Source: an uncultured Planctomycetota bacterium
Lineage (GTDB): Bacteria > Planctomycetota > Planctomycetia > Pirellulales > Lacipirellulaceae
Direction of reading: 5' to 3'
DNA length: 64,000 nt
NCBI GenBank assembly: GCA_963719315.1
Contig: CAVRBU010000004.1
Span: 512,001 to 576,000 of the forward strand
Shown here: positions 59,218-64,000 of the stretch, piece after piece
How positions within the stretch are numbered: the first letter of the stretch is position 1
How the letters are laid out: each line of letters opens with the position of its first letter
Program-made: the position numbers and the translations under genes
The notes under the pieces: model-generated
The model's database searches: none
Seen by the model: the letters and a program-made list of their open reading frames with translations, nothing else
What the model was told of the DNA's origin: nothing

Positions 59218-60708
59218 ATGGAAATTGATAATTTTTCTCGGCGGACATTCATCAAGAAATCGGCAACGGCCACTGCGGTCGCTCTAGCGGCCCCCGCGGC
59301 ATTGAACGCCCAAGCCGCTGCCACTTCGATCAGCCCTAACGAACGCCTGCGAATCGGTTTCATCGGCGTCGGCGGCCGGGCTCAGGCCCACCTCGAATCG
59401 GCCATCGTGCTCGCCAACGAGGGCAAAGTCGAAGTCGCCGCCGTGTGTGACGTGTTCAATCGTCATCGAAAAGAAGCCGCTCACAAAATCAAACGCGGCG
59501 CCAAGCAGGAGCCCAAGCAAATCGCCGACTATCGCGACATCGTGAACGACCCCTCGATCGATGCCGTGTGCATCGCCACGCCCGATCACTGGCACGCCAA
59601 GCAGACCATCGACTCGCTCAAGGCCGGCAAAAACGTCTACTGCGAAAAGCCCATGACGCACAGCGTCGAAGAGGCGATCGCCGTTTACAGAACGTGGAAA
59701 GATTCCGGCAAGGTGATGCAAGTCGGCGTGCAATCGACTTCGCTGCCCGTGTGGAAGGATGTCAACCAACGGCTGTGCGACGGGAAGCTCGGCAAAGTGC
59801 TAATGTACCAAACGTCGTACTTCCGCAACTCCGACGTCGGACAGTGGCGCTACTACGACCTCACCGCCGATATGAAACCCAAGAACATCGATTGGCCGAT
59901 GTTCCTCGGCACGGAATTTGGCCTCGCGCCGAACATGCCATTCGATCGCGAGAAGTACCATCAATGGCGGTGTTATTGGGATTTTGGCGCCGGCATGTTC
60001 ACCGATTTGTTCGTGCACCGCACGACCGCCATGCTGAAAGCCACCGGCCTGCGGTTTCCCGGCCGCGTCGTGGGCGCCGGCGGGATCTATTTCGAATACG
60101 ACGATCGCGATGTGCCCGATGTGGCCACCGTCGTGGCCGACTTCCCTGAAGGGGTGCAGGGCCTCGTTACCGCCACGATGTGCTGCGAAGAAACACCGGT
60201 GCCGCAGATCATCCGCGGCCATCACGGCTCGTTCATTTTGGGAAATGGCGAGGAAATCTCCGGTTACGATTTCGTGGCCGAACGCTCCCCGGTCACCCAC
60301 GACAGCAAAATCAAGAACGAGCATTTCGAAGTAGAAGGACTCAAAGATTCGTCCCTCACGCACTTCACGAACTTCGTCGATTCCGCCCTGGCCGGCAAAC
60401 CGGACCAGGTAAATTGCTCGCCCGAGCTGGGCGCCGCCGCGATGGTCATCGTGAAGCTCGGCTCGAAGAGCTATCGCGAAGGCAAGGCGTTCCACTTCGA
60501 TCGCGACGCGCTGGTGGCGAAAGATGCCGATGCCAGTTGGGCACAAGGCTGGGAGCAGATGTCCAAGGAGCGGGCCGCGCTAAAGCATCTGCCGCACTGG
60601 AAAGGCGGCGACGGCGGCAAGCTCTATCCGCGCGAGTACCAGAAGCTGGCCGGACCATGGATCAACGGCGTTGACCCGGCGCACGGCAAGACCGCATCGG
60701 CCGGTTAA
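59218..60708 (+). CDS. Tat-exported Gfo/Idh/MocA family oxidoreductase
   Basis: SRRTFIK Tat motif; IGFIGVGGR; IATPDHWH; YCEKP. Confidence 0.93.
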   Translation: MEIDNFSRRTFIKKSATATAVALAAPAALNAQAAATSISPNERLRIGFIGVGGRAQAHLESAIVLANEGKVEVAAVCDVFNRHRKEAAHKIKRGAKQEPKQIADYRDIVNDPSIDAVCIATPDHWHAKQTIDSLKAGKNVYCEKPMTHSVEEAIAVYRTWKDSGKVMQVGVQSTSLPVWKDVNQRLCDGKLGKVLMYQTSYFRNSDVGQWRYYDLTADMKPKNIDWPMFLGTEFGLAPNMPFDREKYHQWRCYWDFGAGMFTDLFVHRTTAMLKATGLRFPGRVVGAGGIYFEYDDRDVPDVATVVADFPEGVQGLVTATMCCEETPVPQIIRGHHGSFILGNGEEISGYDFVAERSPVTHDSKIKNEHFEVEGLKDSSLTHFTNFVDSALAGKPDQVNCSPELGAAAMVIVKLGSKSYREGKAFHFDRDALVAKDADASWAQGWEQMSKERAALKHLPHWKGGDGGKLYPREYQKLAGPWINGVDPAHGKTASAG

Positions 60709-60746
60709 CAACCCGTAGCAACAGGCGAGCCGCCCCTCGCTGCGTC

Positions 60747-61295
60747 CTAATTCGCCCAGCTACGGCGCATCATTCGCAGCCGCAGCGCGAGTGCAATTGC
60801 AAACACGCCGAGTGCCATCATGTAAGCGCCGATCAAGAGTGCGATGGCGATCAGCCCCGCGCCGGGACGGAACATAATCAGCCCGCCAAAGATAATCGAC
60901 ATCGCGCCCGACAACCCGAGAATCCATTCATCGTCGAGTTCTTTCCGCAAAGAAATCGCGGCGAAAATTTCGAACGCACCGCGGACGATCGCCGAGACGG
61001 CGATGATCGTCGCCAACACCAGGAGCGACAGCCCCGGCCAGGCGAACGCCGCAATCCCGGCCGCGATCGCCAACAGTCCCAGCCAGACCATCGTCCACCA
61101 GACCGTGCCGTCCGCCTCACCGCGGAACCCTAACAGAATCGCGGCAACGCCGTCGATGATCGTAAATATGCCGAACAAATACACGAGCGAAACGAGCGTC
61201 ACGCCCGGCCACACCATCGCGCAAATCCCCAACGCAATCGCGGCAATCCCGCGGAACATCAGCACCCACCAACGTTTGCAGACGGTGTTTAGCAT
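60747..61295 (-). CDS. HdeD/DUF308 family membrane protein
   Basis: WWVLMFRGIAAIALGICAMVWPGVT; six TM segments. Confidence 0.88.
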   Translation of the reverse strand: MLNTVCKRWWVLMFRGIAAIALGICAMVWPGVTLVSLVYLFGIFTIIDGVAAILLGFRGEADGTVWWTMVWLGLLAIAAGIAAFAWPGLSLLVLATIIAVSAIVRGAFEIFAAISLRKELDDEWILGLSGAMSIIFGGLIMFRPGAGLIAIALLIGAYMMALGVFAIALALRLRMMRRSWAN

Positions 61296-61406
61296 CGTAT
61301 CCCTCGCACTTCGAAGCCGTGGAGAATTCAAACATCAGACGAGCAGAGTGATTTTAACGCGCGATTGCCGCCCGCTGTAGCGGAATTCGCAACAATTCCG
61401 GGCAAT

Positions 61407-61516
61407 GTATCAGGTACGCTCCGCGTTCCGTCGCCGAAGTGTGAAATGCGCACCCTGATTTCGCGCCGATACACTATTTCGCGGCAAGGCAACGGCACGC
61501 GGAGCGTGCCTACTAC
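61407..61516. repeat. GTAG-type REP pair
   Basis: gtatcaggtacgctccgcgttccgt ... acggcacgcggagcgtgcctactac. Confidence 0.75.
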
Positions 61517-61521
61517 TATCC

Positions 61522-63519
61522 CTACCACAGCACCTTGCTGTCGCCGCGCCAGCGCACAAATCCCTCGATCGCCTCGTATTCGGCAAGGCCCAGCTTGTCG
61601 AATAGTTGCGCCGTGTCGCGATTCCGGTCTTCGGCTCGCTTCCAGAACTCGCGCATATCGGGGCCAGGGAACAAGGCCCGGTCCTTTTGCGATTGATGTT
61701 TGAAGATCGCGATCCGCTTGCGATCGACTTCAGCCGGGCTCAGCGGCACGGACATCTCAATCTCATGCGGACCCCACTCGTGCCACGCACCGCGGTACAG
61801 CCACACTTCGCAGTCGGAATACCAGTCGTCGCTTTGGCAGCGTCGGCAGGCGGTGAGCACCGCGTTCAAGCACACGCGATGCGTACCGTGCGGATCGGAA
61901 AGGTCACCCGCGGCGTAGATTTGGTGCGGTTGGACTTTCCTCAGCAGGTCCACGACCATCGCGATGTCTTCCTCGCCCAGCGGCTTCTTCTTGACGCGAC
62001 CCGTTTCGTAGAAGGGCATGTCCATGAAATGCAATCGCTCATCGGGCAATCCGCAACTGCGGGTCGCCGCCCGCGCTTCGCCCCGGCGGATCATGCCTTT
62101 GATCGTTTGCACCTCGGGGCTATCGACCTGTCCCGGTGCCTTATGCCGCAGAAACTCTTCGACATGCGCCTCCAACTCCGCCGCCCGCTGGGGTGAAACG
62201 TCAAAGTGCGTGTTGAACTCCGCCACGAAATCCGCAAAGCGGATCGCATCATCGTCGAAGACCGCAATGTTCCCCGAAGTTTGATAGGCGACATGCACCT
62301 CGTGTCCATGATCTACGAGTCGAATGAGGGTGCCGCCCATCGAGATCACGTCGTCATCCGGGTGCGGCGAAAATACCAGAACGCGTTTCGGGAAGATCGC
62401 GTCGCACGAGCGCGTCCGATCGCCCGGCTGCTTGGCGTGCGCCGGCTTGCCGCCCGGCCAACCAGTAATCGTCGCTTGCAGGTGCCGAAAGATTTTGACG
62501 TTGATGTCGTACGCCGGCCCACGATCGGCCAGCAAATCTTGCAGCCCTTCTTCGTTGTAGTCATTATCGGTCAGCTTCAGGATGGCTTTGTCCAGCTTGC
62601 GAGCGAGCCAAATCACGGCTTTGCGGACCTTTTGCTCATCCCATTCGACGGGCCCTAACAACCAGGGCGTTCGGTATCGAGTCAGAGCATCGGCAGCCGC
62701 TTCGTCGAGCACGACTTCCGCGTTGGGATGCTCTTGCAGGAAGCTGGCGGCGATCGAAGAACTGATCTGGCCCTCCACGGCCTTGGCGATAATCGGGGCC
62801 TTATGCTCGCCGAACGCCAACATGATGATTTTGCGGGCGTTGAGAATCGTGCCGACACCCATCGTAATCGCCCGCCGCGGCACGTGTTCCTGGCCGAAGA
62901 AGTCGCTGGCGGCGTCGATCCGCGTTACGCGGTCGAGCGTGATCAATCGCGTGCGGCTTTCTTTGCCAGAGCCCGGTTCGTTGAAGCCGATGTGCCCCGT
63001 CCGCCCGACGCCGAGCAACTGAATATCGATGCCGCCCGCCGCGGCGATTTGCTCTTCGTACCACGCGCAGTAGTCAGCCACCTGCTCAACCGGCAGCGTG
63101 CCATCCGGCACGTGCCAGTTGGCCGGCGGAATATCGACCAGGTCGAACAAATGCTCGCGCATGAACCGCACGTAGCTTTGCAGCTCGTGCGGCTGCATCG
63201 GGTAGTATTCGTCGAGATTGAATGTGACGACATTCGCGAGCGACAACCCCTCTTCACGATGCAAGCGCACCAACTCGTTGTACACGCCCACCGGCGTGCT
63301 GCCCGTGGCTAAGCCGAGCACGCAATTTCGCCCCTGGGTGGCCCGCTCGCGAATCAAATCGGCAATCTGCCCGGCGACGGCTTTGTTGGCCTGCGTGGAG
63401 TGCGGATAAACGCACACGCGAATCCGCTCGCGTTGTGCCAAGGGGTCGGTCGTCGTACGGCAAGACATGGAAATCGGCGGCTCCGCGGCCGCGGCTCGCT
63501 GGTCGGTTCGAGTGCTCAT
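61522..63519 (-). CDS. nagB: Glucosamine-6-phosphate deaminase fused to a PIG-L-like deacetylase domain
   Basis: LGLATGSTP, TFNLDEY, GRTGHIGFNEPGS, AITMGVGTI; C-domain FSPHPDDD, DPHGTH, HQSQ. Confidence 0.93.
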   Translation of the reverse strand: MSTRTDQRAAAAEPPISMSCRTTTDPLAQRERIRVCVYPHSTQANKAVAGQIADLIRERATQGRNCVLGLATGSTPVGVYNELVRLHREEGLSLANVVTFNLDEYYPMQPHELQSYVRFMREHLFDLVDIPPANWHVPDGTLPVEQVADYCAWYEEQIAAAGGIDIQLLGVGRTGHIGFNEPGSGKESRTRLITLDRVTRIDAASDFFGQEHVPRRAITMGVGTILNARKIIMLAFGEHKAPIIAKAVEGQISSSIAASFLQEHPNAEVVLDEAAADALTRYRTPWLLGPVEWDEQKVRKAVIWLARKLDKAILKLTDNDYNEEGLQDLLADRGPAYDINVKIFRHLQATITGWPGGKPAHAKQPGDRTRSCDAIFPKRVLVFSPHPDDDVISMGGTLIRLVDHGHEVHVAYQTSGNIAVFDDDAIRFADFVAEFNTHFDVSPQRAAELEAHVEEFLRHKAPGQVDSPEVQTIKGMIRRGEARAATRSCGLPDERLHFMDMPFYETGRVKKKPLGEEDIAMVVDLLRKVQPHQIYAAGDLSDPHGTHRVCLNAVLTACRRCQSDDWYSDCEVWLYRGAWHEWGPHEIEMSVPLSPAEVDRKRIAIFKHQSQKDRALFPGPDMREFWKRAEDRNRDTAQLFDKLGLAEYEAIEGFVRWRGDSKVLW

Positions 63520-63794
63520 AGAAACAAAAACGCGATGCGTGGAAATCAGCGGCCGACTCCCTTGGCCGAGCCGCCGCCAGATTGGTTCTTCGTGAACCTT
63601 TACTATAAGTCACGCGGAATGAAGGCGAAAGCTCTCGATTCACAGGCGTGTTTCTCCGAAACTCGTATTTGCGTCTGAGAGATATGCGGCCACGTGGGGC
63701 GGCTACCCAGTCGGCAAGCGGAGCACTAAAATGATCGCGGCGTGAACTCGTTTCGAACCGACCGATTACTCGATTTCCACAGAGGAGAACTCCC

Positions 63795-64000
63795 ATGCGT
63801 AACCGAAACTGGATGGCCCTCGTAGCCGGATTGGCCGTTGTCGTTGTCGCCCTTTCATTCCACACTGCGAACTCGCAAGTGACCAAGGCGAAGTCCGCCG
63901 AGCACGCGGCCGCGGGAGCGGGGCTTAGCCAGAAGGCGGACTATGTCGTTTTCAAACCAACGATGGCCGTCGCCGTCGTTCAGGGCCTCGGCGAGCACAA
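63795..64000 (+). CDS. Exported protein, 3'-truncated; possibly Cu/Zn superoxide dismutase family
   Basis: GAGGAG RBS; MRNRNWMALVAGLAVVVVALSFHTANSQ...KPTMAVAVVQGLGEH is open to the window end. The SOD guess rests only on the AVAVV strand. Confidence 0.55.
   Translation, partial: MRNRNWMALVAGLAVVVVALSFHTANSQVTKAKSAEHAAAGAGLSQKADYVVFKPTMAVAVVQGLGEH

Noticed and set aside
47140..61295. Two HdeD genes as a recent duplication
   Set aside because: The proteins are highly divergent and in unrelated contexts; multiple DUF308 paralogues are common.
61522..63519. NagB-PIG-L fusion as a novelty
   Set aside because: This two-domain NagB form is already known, for example from Bacteroidota.

Overview
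This is a GC-rich bacterial chromosomal segment. It most likely comes from Planctomycetota (Pirellulales, Lacipirellulaceae-like), judging from DUF1559, DUF1501, the PSD1/DUF1549/DUF1553 cytochrome, PEP-CTERM plus dockerin-like proteins and LEDRRLL-motif surface proteins. Housekeeping blocks are nusA-infB-rbfA-(HhH-like)-yebC, proS with DUF4416/DUF1573/tetraheme cytochrome, yhaM-like HD nuclease and rnr, gcvT-H-PA-PB with a lipoyl/octanoyl transferase, gltA and nagB. Accessory pieces are: a Cys-rich protein / N-terminal-His PEP-CTERM / DUF1559 module at 1-3297 (candidate metal-capture system); an AT-richer Sll1717-type P-loop ATPase; a PIN toxin pair; a DUF5678-retropepsin pair next to an ATP-grasp ligase; and two tandem paralogous beta-helix surface proteins. 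The most striking non-coding signal is about 20 short palindromic or tandem-repeat hairpin elements of several unrelated families. Some are nested, some are inserted in frame inside enzymes, and in four cases a REP GTAG foot is the stop codon of the adjacent gene. No transposase, rRNA, tRNA or CRISPR array was seen. At least six indel-type frame disruptions, including in proS and nusA, are probably sequencing or assembly errors. All family assignments come from motif recognition by eye; no database search was run.
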